In this document: piece by piece, positions 26,582 to 37,449 of the stretch
Layout of the letters: each line of letters opens with the position of its first letter
Numbering within the stretch: position 1 is the first letter of the stretch
NCBI GenBank assembly: GCA_046565505.1
Contig: JBKHYJ010000061.1
Coordinates: 26,552-90,551 of the forward strand
DNA length: 64,000 nucleotides
Direction: 5' to 3'
Source: Blastocatellia bacterium
Lineage (GTDB): Bacteria; Acidobacteriota; Blastocatellia; UBA7656
Position numbers and translations under genes: made by a program
Notes under the pieces: generated by a model
Seen by the model: only the letters and a program-made list of their open reading frames with translations
Told to the model about the DNA's origin: nothing
Databases searched by the model: none

Positions 26582-28744
26582 ATGTTGAAGTTTCTCAGAG
26601 GGCGCAAGCGGTCGCGCAACGCGCTGTTGTTATTCTTCGTCGGGGTCCTGACGCTCAGCCTCGTGGGGCTGTTCTCTGTGGTGGTGTCGGGCGGCGGGGC
26701 GGGCCTCTTCAAGGGGGCGTCAGGCGACGACACGGTGGTGGCGAAAGTCGCCAGCTATAAAATCACCATGAAAGACCTGAAAGACTCGCTCACAAGCTTC
26801 GGCCAGCAAATATCCCAGGGGCAGGGCAGGATCAACAGGCCCGACATCAGGTCAATTTATGGGCAGTTCGGGCCGCAGGTCCTCGACGGGCTCATAAGCG
26901 ACAAGCTGGTCTTGTATGAGGCCGACCGGCTCAACCTCGGGGCTTCCGACGCCGAGGTGCAGGCGAGGATCAAGCAACTGTTCAACCCCTGGCCGGGAGC
27001 AGAGCAGTACCGCGCGCGGCTCCAGCAGGTGGGACTGACGCCGGTCCGATTTGAAGACAGCTTGCGCGCTTCAATCGCCCGCGAGCACCTCCGCAGCTAC
27101 GTCACGGCCGCCGTGCAGGTTTCGCCGCAGGAGGTCGAAGAGGATTACCGCCGCACCAACACCAAGTACACGTTCCGCTGGGTCGAGGTGAAGCCAGACC
27201 CGTTCCGCGACAAGGTCCAGGTCAGCGACGCGGACCTGCAGGCTTACTTCAACGAACATAAAGACGATTTCAAGATCACCACAGAACAGCGCCGCGCCCG
27301 TTACATCCTTATAGACAAAACTAAAGCGGGCGAGGCGGTCCAGATCTCTGACGACGAATTGAGGCAGGATTTTGACCCCGAGCGCAACGTGCAGCAGGTG
27401 CGCGTGAGCCAGATAGTTCTGGCCGTCCCGAAAGCCGCGCCCGAGCCGGGCGCTTCCGCCAATGCGAACTCGAACACGAACGCGAGCGCCAATAAGAACG
27501 CCCCCGCCTCAAAGCCCGCCCTGACCGAAGAGGAGGTGAGAAACAAGGCTCAGGAAATCGCCAACCGGGCGAGGGGGGGCGAGGACAAACAGGCCGAAGA
27601 TTTCGCGAAGCTCGCCCGCGAAGTCAGTGAGGACCCTAAGTCCAAAGCGAGCGGCGGCGACATCGGCTGGGTCAAAAGGGACGATAAGCGAGACACGGAC
27701 GACCCGCTTAATACGGCCTTCAACCTGAGGCAGGGCGAAGTCAGCCAGCCGGTCAGAAAGGGCGACAAGTATTACGTACTGAAGGTCACCGACCGGAAGG
27801 TTTCTACCTTTGAAGAGGCCAAGCCTCAGCTGCTGAAGGCGGCGCGCGAAAGAAAGAGCTATACGGAGGCGGTGAGCATAGCGAAAGAGGCTCAGGATAA
27901 ATTCAAAGAGTCAAAGAACGCAGAAGCCGTCGCCGCAGAAATCAATCAGAAGCACGGCGCGCAGGTGGCGTCCGTCAAAGAGACGCCCTTCTTCGCCCAG
28001 GGCGACACCCTCCCGGATTTGGGTGACGCGCCCGAGGTGGAGTCGGCCGTGTTCCGGCTCGAAAGCCCCAACGAGATTGCCGATTACGTATCGACCAACA
28101 GCGGGTTCGTCGTCGCACAATACCTGGAAAGGCGCGACCCACATGACCCGACCTTTGACGAAGTAAGGTCGAAGGTCGAGCAGCGTTACCGCGCGGACAA
28201 AGGCAAAGACCTTGCCGCGGAGCGCGCCCGCCAGATCGCCGCCGCCAAGACGCCCGACGAGATGAAAAAGCTTGCCGACTCGATGGGGGTCAAAACGGAC
28301 GAACGGGCCGGGCTCGGCGCGACCGATTCGGTCGGCGTGCTCACGAGCGAGGCGGCCCGCGCCCCGCTTTACAAGCTCAACCCGGGCGAGGTCACCCGCG
28401 AGCCGATCAAGGCCGAAAGCGGCGATTCGTTCGTAGTCGCGTCGCTCGTCACGCGCAAGGACGCGGACATGGGCGAGGCGTTCCAGAAGGAGAAAAAATC
28501 TATCGAACAGCGCTTGCTTGACGAGAAGCGCAACACTTACTTCGCGACGTTCCTGGCTACGACTCAGAAGCAGATGAAGAACGATGGCAAGATCAAAATC
28601 TATGACGATGTGATCGCTTCGGCTATGGAGCCCGGCGAGGACGAACTGCCCGGCGGCCAGCAGATGCCCTTCCCGGGCGCGCCGGCCGGGCCAAGCCGCA
28701 CCGGCCCACGTCGCTCGCCGCAGGGGGCTTTACCACCAAGGTAG
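26582..28744 (+). CDS. Membrane-anchored periplasmic peptidyl-prolyl isomerase/chaperone (PpiD/SurA-like, parvulin domain)
   Basis: N-terminal TM helix, a SurA-N-like region, a parvulin motif (VSQIVLAVPK...SGGDIGWVKRDD), and a Pro/Gly-rich tail. GGAGG lies upstream. Confidence 0.7.
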   Translation: MLKFLRGRKRSRNALLLFFVGVLTLSLVGLFSVVVSGGGAGLFKGASGDDTVVAKVASYKITMKDLKDSLTSFGQQISQGQGRINRPDIRSIYGQFGPQVLDGLISDKLVLYEADRLNLGASDAEVQARIKQLFNPWPGAEQYRARLQQVGLTPVRFEDSLRASIAREHLRSYVTAAVQVSPQEVEEDYRRTNTKYTFRWVEVKPDPFRDKVQVSDADLQAYFNEHKDDFKITTEQRRARYILIDKTKAGEAVQISDDELRQDFDPERNVQQVRVSQIVLAVPKAAPEPGASANANSNTNASANKNAPASKPALTEEEVRNKAQEIANRARGGEDKQAEDFAKLAREVSEDPKSKASGGDIGWVKRDDKRDTDDPLNTAFNLRQGEVSQPVRKGDKYYVLKVTDRKVSTFEEAKPQLLKAARERKSYTEAVSIAKEAQDKFKESKNAEAVAAEINQKHGAQVASVKETPFFAQGDTLPDLGDAPEVESAVFRLESPNEIADYVSTNSGFVVAQYLERRDPHDPTFDEVRSKVEQRYRADKGKDLAAERARQIAAAKTPDEMKKLADSMGVKTDERAGLGATDSVGVLTSEAARAPLYKLNPGEVTREPIKAESGDSFVVASLVTRKDADMGEAFQKEKKSIEQRLLDEKRNTYFATFLATTQKQMKNDGKIKIYDDVIASAMEPGEDELPGGQQMPFPGAPAGPSRTGPRRSPQGALPPR

Positions 28745-28837
28745 ATGGCGGGGCGACCGAACGCAGGCCGCAGTTTGGTATGGGGGCGGGGGGCCGCCCC
28801 CGCCCGACTCGCCTTAGGGTCGTGCGAGGCCTGTGAA

Positions 28838-29608
28838 TTACGCTATGACTATGTCGCCGCTTTTCTCTTTTTCGCGGATGACGACTAAAACATCCGTATC
28901 CGATTCGCTGCTCTCGATGGGCCACATGGCGGCGTCCCAGTAGGTGATCCCGCGCTCGGGATTTTGCGGGGAGGAGTAAGGGTAGCGCGGTATGAAATAA
29001 GGCTGCCTGGTCTGCTGAACCGTCTCTAGCACCTGCCCGGCCTCGCCCGACACGTCGGGGAAAATATCTGTCACCGTCATCCCGATCAACTCCGACGCGC
29101 TGTACCCGCCGGCCGCGGCGTAGGCTTCGCTGACGGCTATATACTTGCGGTTCTTGTCGATCAGGGCCGCCGCGACCGGCGCGTCGGCTATCAGCCCGCT
29201 GAGCCTCGAAAAATCCCGCTCAAGCGGCGTCATCGCCTTTTGCCCCAACAGGTACTTGACCCTGTCGAGGAGGTTCTCGGCGTCGGCCGGTTTCGTCAGG
29301 TAAGCCTGCGCCCCTGCTTTCATCCCGCGCTCCACGTCCTTCTGGTAAGCGGCGGCCGATACGAACATGATGGGCGTCACCCTGTTGAAGGCGCGGATCT
29401 TCTTGCACAACTCGATGCCATCGCCGTCCGGCAGCCGCACGTCCATAACGATCAGGTCGTAGCCCGTCGAAAGCACGCGCGACAGGGCGTCGGCGATAGT
29501 ACCCACATGAGTGACGCAATAACCCTCCATCTGCAAGAGCACGCTGTAAACGAATCGCGTGTCCTCGTCATCCTCGATGATTAATATATGAGGCTTGCTC
29601 GAATTCAT
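28838..29608 (-). CDS. Response regulator with REC domain and C-terminal PAS domain
   Basis: ILIIEDDEDTRFVYS...LIVMDVRLPDGDGIELCKKIR...YLTKP, then a PAS-like IDKNRKYIAVSEAYAAAGGYSASELIGMTVTDIF. Confidence 0.75.
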   Translation of the reverse strand: MNSSKPHILIIEDDEDTRFVYSVLLQMEGYCVTHVGTIADALSRVLSTGYDLIVMDVRLPDGDGIELCKKIRAFNRVTPIMFVSAAAYQKDVERGMKAGAQAYLTKPADAENLLDRVKYLLGQKAMTPLERDFSRLSGLIADAPVAAALIDKNRKYIAVSEAYAAAGGYSASELIGMTVTDIFPDVSGEAGQVLETVQQTRQPYFIPRYPYSSPQNPERGITYWDAAMWPIESSESDTDVLVVIREKEKSGDIVIA

Positions 29609-30145
29609 GCTCCTGGTCTCCTGCCGCTATACCTATACCCTGCCCAATCGACCTGATAAAGGGTTCCGCCCGCGGCCACTTTCGGCCGCTCGCCCCGCCC
29701 CGCACCTAACTGAGATGGAACCGTCTGAGGCTTATGACCGGCTCGCCGCTCACACGAGCATCGTCAAAGTCGAATTTAGCTTAATGCCGAATCATCACCA
29801 GCAGACCGTACCGCCGCGCGTTCGAGCGGAACCGCCCGTTAAACGCCTAAAATTACAACCTGTTTCGTGCTGAGGCCATCCGCTTTCAGCCTGCCCGGCT
29901 TACCGAGCCTGCGTAAAGTCACGTTCACATTAACTGAATTCAAAGTACAAATCAATAGGATCGCTCCCGGGCGCCGTACGAAAAAATGTGCCTTCATTAG
30001 CGTTCAGGGTCTGCGCAATTAACGCCGCGGCCGGCCCGGGGTCCGCGGCCGGCCGTAGGGCCGCGAACGCCTGCGAATCAGACTTGTACGCGCGGCCCGG
30101 TAACCAGCCCCACGCAATTATGAGTTGGGCGATTACGTGCGCCGG

Positions 30146-30934
30146 TCACCTGAGAGGGAGCTTGTCAACTTTCCTGAATCCGGCGGGGATTACGAATTCG
30201 TCAGGTGAAACATCGGTCTTTATGTCGCGGCGCGAAACGATGACTTTCACCGCTTCGTTCGGCGGCTCGGATGAGGTTTCAATCCTGACGACCAGGCCGC
30301 CGAGGTCGAGCGCGCGAAACGTCCTTGTAAGCTCCGCATGGCCGTCGGGGAAAATGGCCCGCTGCTCGTACACCCCGCACGCATGACCTTCCATAGTTTC
30401 ATCGGCGAGCCGGCGAGTCTCTACGCGCTCGGGCGAGGCAGTGGCGTTTACCGCGCGCTCGACCTCCTCCGGGTCAAGCGCCCGGCCGGAATCGCCCGAA
30501 GCATGCGTGACGCCCAGGTCATCGCCCGCGACTGCTTGACCGCCCCCTGTAACCTCCATGCCCGACCCAGGCTCGCGCCGCGCGCCGGAAGGTGAACTGA
30601 CCTCGACGTATACCCGGCCATCGAGATCGAGCAGAAACGCCTTCGACTGGTCGGGCCGCCATATCAGCGCGCGCCTGCCCGCCTGCTCAGTCCACTCCTC
30701 GCGCCTCAATTCGCCCAGACGAGCCACGCGAGTCACGCGCTCTTCGCGCATGCCATTGTCGTCAATGGCGCTGACGACTGTGGCCGAATAGCTGGCAGGC
30801 TCGCCGGCCAAGACCCGGCCCTCTTCGGGGCCGGCATGCCGCCCGCCCCTGCATGCCGACGGGGTCGCTTGTAGCGCAGCTAACGCCGCTACAAGCATCA
30901 CCAGGGATGATCGGCGCTTGGGACGCGATGGCAT
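30146..30934 (-). CDS. Hypothetical secreted/lipoprotein
   Basis: Signal/lipobox-like LVMLVAALAALQATPSAC. No recognisable domain. Confidence 0.4.
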   Translation of the reverse strand: MPSRPKRRSSLVMLVAALAALQATPSACRGGRHAGPEEGRVLAGEPASYSATVVSAIDDNGMREERVTRVARLGELRREEWTEQAGRRALIWRPDQSKAFLLDLDGRVYVEVSSPSGARREPGSGMEVTGGGQAVAGDDLGVTHASGDSGRALDPEEVERAVNATASPERVETRRLADETMEGHACGVYEQRAIFPDGHAELTRTFRALDLGGLVVRIETSSEPPNEAVKVIVSRRDIKTDVSPDEFVIPAGFRKVDKLPLR

Positions 30935-31044
30935 GCGTAAGATTTTACCACCTTATGATTTTGAATTTTGTGTCGGGCGGGAGAAAATAGATAGAGGCGC
31001 GCTGGCGGCGCGCGGGCCTTTTATAGTGATATATTCTGAGCAGG

Positions 31045-33573
31045 ATGAAAGAACTGCTGCCCGCCGACACTATCATCTCGCACTACCGCATAGTCTCTCG
31101 CCTGGGCGCGGGGGGCATGGGTGAAGTTTACCTCGCGGAAGACATTCGCCTGGGCCGCCGCGTCGCGCTCAAGCTGCTGCCCGCGCAGTTCATCAAAGAC
31201 GAAGACAGGCTCCGCCGCTTCGAGCAGGAGGCGCGCGCCGCCTCCGCGCTGAATCACCCGAATATCATCACGATCCACGAAGTCGGCGTCGAGGACGGCA
31301 TGCGCTTTATAGCGACGGAGTTCATAGAAGGCGAGACGCTGCGCCAGCGAATGAGGCGCGCACCCGTCGGGCTGGGCGAGGCGCTGGACGTGGCCATCCA
31401 GGTGGCGAACGCGCTCGCGGCGGCGCACCAGGTGGGCATAGTCCATCGCGACATCAAGCCCGAGAACATAATGCTACGACCGGACGGCTACGTGAAGGTT
31501 CTCGACTTCGGCATAGTGAAACTGACGGAGAAATTCTCGGGGCAGAGGCCCGCGGAACCGGAAGCGGAGGGCGCGGCGGCCCCCGTGCTGACGGAGGCCA
31601 ATATCGTCATGGGCAGCCCGAGTTATATGTCGCCCGAGCAGGCGCGCGGGGTCGCCGTCGATGGCAGGACAGATATTTTCAGCCTCGGGGTCATCATCTA
31701 TGAAATGGTGGCGGGGAGGCGGCCCCACGAGGGGCCTACCGTGAGCGATATTATTGTCGCGATACTTGAGCGGCAGCCGGCGCCGCTGGCGGCCCGCGTG
31801 CCCGGCGTCTCGCCCAGGCTTGAGAAAGTGGTGGCCAAGGCGCTCGCAAAAGACAGGGAGGCCCGCTACCAGACGATCACGGACATGCTCGCCGACTTGA
31901 AGCGCCAGAAGCGCCGCGTAGATTTTGAGGCCGGCCTGGACGAGTCCGTCCCGCCGGACTTTCACTCGGAGCCGACGGTCCCCATAGCGCCCCGGCAGGA
32001 TTCGCACGCGACGGTCAAAGAACTCGGCGTCCCCAGCGACCAGATCGACACCACGCGCGCCACGTCGAGCGCGGAGTATATCGTCACAGAGATCAAACAG
32101 CATAAGCTCGGGTTCATTACCGCCGCCGCCACAATAATCGCGGCGGCGGCGGCGGCCTTCCTGCTCATGCGGGGCGGCCGCGGCCACCCCATCGACTCCA
32201 TAGCCGTGCTGCCGTTGGTCAACGAGACCGCGGACCCGAACACGGAGTACCTATCGGATGGCATAACGGAGAGCCTCATCAACAACCTGTCGCAGTCGCG
32301 CAGCCTGAAGGTGATGTCGCGCAACTCCGTCTTCCGCTACAAGGACCGTGGAGTGAGCCCCGAGGAGGCGGCGCGCGACCTCGGGGTACACGGCGTGCTG
32401 ACGGGGAGGATCGTTCAGCGGGGCGATAATCTCACGATCAGCATCGAGCTTGTGGACGCGCGCGACAACACGCACGTCTGGGGCGAGCAGTACAGCCGCA
32501 AGATGTCAGAGATAATATCGATGCAGGAGGAGATCGCAAAACAGATTTCCGAGAGGCTTCAACTGAGGCTGTCGGGCGAAGACCGCGGGCGCGTCGGCAA
32601 GCGGTACACGGATAATTCGGAGGCCTACCAGCTTTACTTGCGCGGCCGATTCTACTGGAACAAGCGGACGGAAGAGTCGCTCAGGAAGGGGCTGGATTAC
32701 TTCAACCAGGCGATTGAGAAGGACCCCGGCTACGCGCTCGCCTACGTGGGCGTGGCGAACTGCTACGCCATGCTGGCGGAGTTGGAGGCTTCGCCGCCGA
32801 AGGAGCTTTACCCGAAAGTGAAGGCGGCGGCGGCGCGGGCGCTCGAGATTGACGACACGCTGGCGGAGGCTCACACGTCGCTCGCGGCGGTCAACGAGTA
32901 CGAATGGAACTGGTCCGCGGCCGAAGACCAGTACCGGCGCGCCATCGAGCTTAACCCAAACTACGAGACGGCCCACCACTGGTACGCGGCATACCTGACG
33001 AGCCGCCTTCGGTCCGACGAGGCGATGCGCGAGATCAACCTGGCGCTGGGGCTCGACCCGCTGTCGCTCATCATAAACACGTCAGTGGGGAGGGTGCTGT
33101 TCGGCGCGAGGCAGTACGACAAGGCCATAGAGCAGCTCAAGAAGACGCTCGACCTGGACCCGAACTTTGCCGAGGCCCGCTTCCAGATCGCGATGGCTTA
33201 CGAGCAGAAGCGCATGTATGACGACGCCATCCGCGAATTCCAAAAGTCCGTGGAGCTTTATAACGACCCGGCGATGATGGCCTGGGTGGCGCGCGCTTAC
33301 GCGGCGTCCGGGAGGCGGGCCGACGCCGAGCAGGCACTTGCGGACTTAATGGAGATGTCCAGGCAGAAGTACATATCGCCTTACCCGATGGCGACCGTCT
33401 TCGCAGCGCTGGGCGATAAGGAGCGCGCGTTAGAGTGGCTCGAAAAGGTCTACCAGGAGCGGTCCTATTACGTGGTCTGGCTCAACGTAGACCCCGTCTT
33501 CGACGGCATACGCTCGGACTGGCGCTTTCAAGACCTGCTGCGGCGCATCGGCCTCACGCCGGGCCAATCGTAG
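31045..33573 (+). CDS. Ser/Thr protein kinase with transmembrane segment and C-terminal TPR array
   Basis: Hanks kinase motifs GAGGMGEVY, HRDIKPENIML, DFG and SPE. One TM helix (ITAAATIIAAAAAAFLLM). A TolB-like/TPR C-terminal half. Confidence 0.85.
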   Translation: MKELLPADTIISHYRIVSRLGAGGMGEVYLAEDIRLGRRVALKLLPAQFIKDEDRLRRFEQEARAASALNHPNIITIHEVGVEDGMRFIATEFIEGETLRQRMRRAPVGLGEALDVAIQVANALAAAHQVGIVHRDIKPENIMLRPDGYVKVLDFGIVKLTEKFSGQRPAEPEAEGAAAPVLTEANIVMGSPSYMSPEQARGVAVDGRTDIFSLGVIIYEMVAGRRPHEGPTVSDIIVAILERQPAPLAARVPGVSPRLEKVVAKALAKDREARYQTITDMLADLKRQKRRVDFEAGLDESVPPDFHSEPTVPIAPRQDSHATVKELGVPSDQIDTTRATSSAEYIVTEIKQHKLGFITAAATIIAAAAAAFLLMRGGRGHPIDSIAVLPLVNETADPNTEYLSDGITESLINNLSQSRSLKVMSRNSVFRYKDRGVSPEEAARDLGVHGVLTGRIVQRGDNLTISIELVDARDNTHVWGEQYSRKMSEIISMQEEIAKQISERLQLRLSGEDRGRVGKRYTDNSEAYQLYLRGRFYWNKRTEESLRKGLDYFNQAIEKDPGYALAYVGVANCYAMLAELEASPPKELYPKVKAAAARALEIDDTLAEAHTSLAAVNEYEWNWSAAEDQYRRAIELNPNYETAHHWYAAYLTSRLRSDEAMREINLALGLDPLSLIINTSVGRVLFGARQYDKAIEQLKKTLDLDPNFAEARFQIAMAYEQKRMYDDAIREFQKSVELYNDPAMMAWVARAYAASGRRADAEQALADLMEMSRQKYISPYPMATVFAALGDKERALEWLEKVYQERSYYVVWLNVDPVFDGIRSDWRFQDLLRRIGLTPGQS

Positions 33574-33618
33574 GCGCGCGGCTGCCCGCCCCGCTGCGCG
33601 CCGCCCGCGGGCCCGGGC

Positions 33619-36600
33619 TCACCCGGAAAAAGCGTCTTTGACCAGTTGCCGCTGCTCCATCTGGTGGATCGTGTGTGACCCGGTCGCCGGGCTCGCGCTC
33701 GGGGGGCGGCCGGCGTATCTCAATCCCTGACCCGCGCCGAGCAGGCCGCGCAGGCGGGGCTCCATGAAGAACCAGCCGCCCATGTTGTGCGGCTCTTCCT
33801 GGACCCAGCAAATGTCGGCCGCGCCCGCGTACCTGCTCAATTCGCCGGCCACCAGGTTTTTCGGGAATGGGTAGAGCTGCTCGAGGCGGACTATCGCCGT
33901 CGTTTCGTCCCCGAGGTTTTTTCTCTGGGCGATCAGGTCGTAATAGACTTTGCCGCTGCACAACAGAACTCGGACCACGCCCGCGGGGCTCTTGATTTCT
34001 TCGTCGCCCATCACGGGCTGAAACCCCCCTGCCGTGAACTTATCAATCGCGGAGGCCGCCTCCGGTAGCCGGAGTAAGCTTTTCGGCGTTATAGCGACCA
34101 GCGGCTTGCTCGCGGCCTGCCGCACCTGGCGCCGCAGCACATGGAAGTACTGGGCCGCCGTAGTGCAATTGACCACCTGCATGTTTTGCTCGGCGCAAAG
34201 CTGCAGGAATCGCTCGAACCGCGCGCTCGAATGCTCCGGCCCCTGGCCCTCGTACCCGTGAGGCAACAGCAACACGAGGCGCGTCGTCTGGTTCCACTTC
34301 TCTTCGGCCGAAGAGATGAACTGGTCCACTATGACCTGCGCGGCGTTGATGAAATCCCCGAACTGCGCCTCCCACAATACGAGCGTCTGAGGGGACGCCA
34401 CGCTGTAGCCATACTCGAAGCCGAGCGCGCCCGCCTCCGAAAGGGGGCTGTCATAGATTTGATACTTCGCCTTGTCCGTAATGGTCGCCAGCGGCGTCCA
34501 CTCTTCGCCCGTCTGCGTATCGACGAAGGCGGCGTGGCGGTGGCTGAACGTGCCGCGCACGGTGTCCTGCCCGGTGAGCCTCACCGAAGTCCCTTCGACG
34601 AGCAGCGACCCGAACGCGAGAGCTTCGGCCGTGCCCCAGTCGACGGGCACGCCGCCCTCGACCATCTTCGACCGACGCCCGAGCAGGCCGACTATTTTAG
34701 GGTTCAGGTTGAACCCGCGCGGGACCGTCGTGATCGCATGCGTAATCTCGCGCAGCGTGTCGAGGCCCACGCCCGTCTCGGCGACCTCCACGGATTCGGG
34801 CTCGGGCGCGGGCAGGGGCAGCGAGGGCTGCGTGCCTTGCTTGGCGATGATCTCTTTCGCGCCGAGCTGCGCATTCTCGTACCTGCGCATGCGCTCGTCC
34901 ATCAGCGAGGCGACCTCCTGCTCGCTCATGACGCCCTCGCCGACGAGCCGGCGCGCGTAAAGGGCGCGCGCGCCGGGGTGCTCTTTGATCCGCCGGTACA
35001 TAACGGGCTGCGTGTAGGTCGGCTCGTCGCCCTCGTTGTGCCCGAGGCGGCGGAACCCTATCACGTCTATCACCACGTCCTTCTGGAAACGCTGCCTGTA
35101 GTCTAGCGCTATCTGAATGACGTTGTAGGCGGCCTCCGCGTCGTCGCTGTTGACGTGAAAGATCGGCACCTGAATCATCTTCGCGATGTCCGTGCTGTAA
35201 GTCGAAGAGCGGCCCTCTTCCGGCGGCGTGGTGAACCCCAGCTGGTTGTTCGTGATGATGTGAATCGTGCCGCCCGTGCGGTAGCCGGGGAGCTGCGAAA
35301 GGTTGAGCGTCTCTGCCACCACGCCTTCGCCGGCGAATGCGGCGTCGCCGTGGAGCAGTACGGCCAGCTTACTCTCGCGCCTGCCGTCGAGGTCCTGGCG
35401 GGCGCGCACTATGCCTTCGACGACCGGGTCGACAAACTCCAGGTGGCTGGGGTTGGGCACTACGGCCAGGTGCACCTGCCTGCCGTCGTCGGTCTCCCGC
35501 ACGCCGCTCGCGCCCTGGTGGTACTTCACGTCGCCCTGGTCGTGCGGGAAGCGCGGGTGTATGGAGCCTTCAAAGCTCGTGAATATGCGCTCGCAGAATT
35601 TGCCTATGACGTTTGCGATCACGTTCAGCCTGCCGCGGTGCGCCATGCCGATGGTTATGTCGTCCACGCCGCGCGCCGCCGCACACTCGATCAACTGGTC
35701 GAGCACGGCGATGACGGTTTCGTTGCCTTCGATCGAGAATCGCTTCTGGCCGAGGTACTTCGTGCCGAGGAATTTCTCGAACGACTCGGCCGAAATCAGC
35801 TTCCACAAAATTCGCTTCTTAGTTTCGACGGGCGCGGGCTGGGGCTCCGCCTCTACGCGCGCGCGGATCCACTCCTTCTCTTCAGGCCCCTGGATGTTCC
35901 GGTACTCGACCCCGACCTTGCCGCAGTAATAGCGGCGCAGGCGGTCCACTATCTCGCGAAGTGTGCCGGTTTCGGCCCCGCCGAGCCCGCCCGTGATGAA
36001 CTGGCGGTCCAGGTCCCAGATCGTCAGCCCGTAAGTCTCGATGTCGAGTTCCGTGTGATACTGGACCTCCTTCCACCCGAGCGGGTCGATGTCCGCGACC
36101 AGGTGGCCGCGCACGCGGTAGGCGTTGATGAGTTGAAGGACGCGCGCCTGTTTGCTGACCTCGTCGCGGTGGCGGTCTTCGCCGAGTATCGCCGGGTTTA
36201 TGTCGATCGCCCAGCGGTAAGGGCGGAACGGGATGCCCAACTCACGGAATATCTCTTCGTAAAAGTCATGACGGCCGCGCAGCAACTCGTCGATGAGCGC
36301 GAGGAAGGCGCCGGACTCCGCGCCCTGCACTATGCGGTGGTCGTAAGTCGAAGTCATGACCATGACCTTACTGATGCCTATGCGCGACAGCGCTTCGGCA
36401 GACATGGCCTGGTACTCCGGCGGGTACTCGATAGAGCCGGTCGCGACTATGACCCCCTGACCGGCCATCAGCCGGGGGTTGGAAGCCGTGGTGCCTATCG
36501 TGCCGGGGTTCGTGAGGCTGATCGTCGTGCCCTGGAAATCTGAGAGCTGGAGCTTGCCCGCCCGCGCCCGCTTTATCACGTCGTCATAGCTCGCCAGCAG

Positions 36601-37449
36601 CTCGGGGAAGGTCATCCTGCCCGCCCCTTTGATATTCGGGACAAGAAGCGTCCGCGCGCCGTCTTTCTTGGTCACGTCTACCGCCACGCCGAGGTTGACC
36701 TCGGCATGGCGGGCGCGGTAAGCCGCCCCTCCCGCCTCCTCGTATGAATCATTCAACTGGGGGTAAGTTTCCAGGGCCCTGATTATCGCCCGGGCGATCA
36801 GGTGAGTGTAGGATACTTTGCGGTTCGAAGCCTTGAGGTGCTGGTTGATGAGGCGGCGGTTTTCGTCCAACAGCTTGAGCGGTATCTGACGCTGCGAAGT
36901 GGCGGTCGGCACGCTGACGCTCGCCTGCATATTCTCGGCTATGCGGAGCGCGGGGCCGCGGATGGGCACGCGCTCGACCGCGCCGGGCTGCGAGGCAGCA
37001 GCTTGCGCGGCCGGCGGCGGCGCGGTAGCTTTGGCTGCCGGAGCTTCGGCCGCAGCAGCTTCGGGCGCAGTCGCAGGGGCGTGCGATTGCAAACCCGGCG
37101 AGGGCGAAGGCGTCGACGCCTTCGCGCCCCAGTCATATGTCGGCTGCAAAGTACGCGAAGTCTGTCGGCCGGCGGCCGCTTCGGTGCCCGCGGCCTGTGG
37201 CGAGGATTTTGCGCCATCACCTGTCGCCGAGCCGCCCTGGCCGGGCCCGCCCGCGGCCCGGCCGTCGCCTAATAGCTCGTCGAAGTATGAGCGCCATTCC
37301 GCATCGACCGACGCGGGGCTGCGCTCGAATTGTTTGAGGAGTTCGCCCACGTAGTCCGCGTTGACGCCGAACTCGTCGGCGATAATCTGATCGAGTTCCC
37401 CCTGAGTCATTGGCCTTCTTGTCATCTCTTTTCCCCCCGCTGCAATCAT
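33619..37449 (-). CDS. kgd: Multifunctional 2-oxoglutarate dehydrogenase E1 with N-terminal E2-like acyltransferase domain (Kgd/OdhA type)
   Basis: 1276 aa. An N-terminal Ala/Pro-rich linker, an E2 catalytic-like block (SYTHLIARAI), then a ThDP E1 region with strong collinear similarity to the OdhA/Kgd layout (QGPEHSSARFERFLQLCAE). The true start is possibly the ATG at 37410 (MTQGELDQII). Confidence 0.9.
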   Translation of the reverse strand: MIAAGGKEMTRRPMTQGELDQIIADEFGVNADYVGELLKQFERSPASVDAEWRSYFDELLGDGRAAGGPGQGGSATGDGAKSSPQAAGTEAAAGRQTSRTLQPTYDWGAKASTPSPSPGLQSHAPATAPEAAAAEAPAAKATAPPPAAQAAASQPGAVERVPIRGPALRIAENMQASVSVPTATSQRQIPLKLLDENRRLINQHLKASNRKVSYTHLIARAIIRALETYPQLNDSYEEAGGAAYRARHAEVNLGVAVDVTKKDGARTLLVPNIKGAGRMTFPELLASYDDVIKRARAGKLQLSDFQGTTISLTNPGTIGTTASNPRLMAGQGVIVATGSIEYPPEYQAMSAEALSRIGISKVMVMTSTYDHRIVQGAESGAFLALIDELLRGRHDFYEEIFRELGIPFRPYRWAIDINPAILGEDRHRDEVSKQARVLQLINAYRVRGHLVADIDPLGWKEVQYHTELDIETYGLTIWDLDRQFITGGLGGAETGTLREIVDRLRRYYCGKVGVEYRNIQGPEEKEWIRARVEAEPQPAPVETKKRILWKLISAESFEKFLGTKYLGQKRFSIEGNETVIAVLDQLIECAAARGVDDITIGMAHRGRLNVIANVIGKFCERIFTSFEGSIHPRFPHDQGDVKYHQGASGVRETDDGRQVHLAVVPNPSHLEFVDPVVEGIVRARQDLDGRRESKLAVLLHGDAAFAGEGVVAETLNLSQLPGYRTGGTIHIITNNQLGFTTPPEEGRSSTYSTDIAKMIQVPIFHVNSDDAEAAYNVIQIALDYRQRFQKDVVIDVIGFRRLGHNEGDEPTYTQPVMYRRIKEHPGARALYARRLVGEGVMSEQEVASLMDERMRRYENAQLGAKEIIAKQGTQPSLPLPAPEPESVEVAETGVGLDTLREITHAITTVPRGFNLNPKIVGLLGRRSKMVEGGVPVDWGTAEALAFGSLLVEGTSVRLTGQDTVRGTFSHRHAAFVDTQTGEEWTPLATITDKAKYQIYDSPLSEAGALGFEYGYSVASPQTLVLWEAQFGDFINAAQVIVDQFISSAEEKWNQTTRLVLLLPHGYEGQGPEHSSARFERFLQLCAEQNMQVVNCTTAAQYFHVLRRQVRQAASKPLVAITPKSLLRLPEAASAIDKFTAGGFQPVMGDEEIKSPAGVVRVLLCSGKVYYDLIAQRKNLGDETTAIVRLEQLYPFPKNLVAGELSRYAGAADICWVQEEPHNMGGWFFMEPRLRGLLGAGQGLRYAGRPPSASPATGSHTIHQMEQRQLVKDAFSG

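Noticed and set aside
28780-28806. G/C-only hairpin (GGGCGGGGG/CCCCCGCCC) between convergent ppiD-like and REC-PAS genes as a bidirectional terminator
   Set aside because: The loop is only 2 nt and there is no U-tract on either strand. It may simply be a GC-rich simple sequence.
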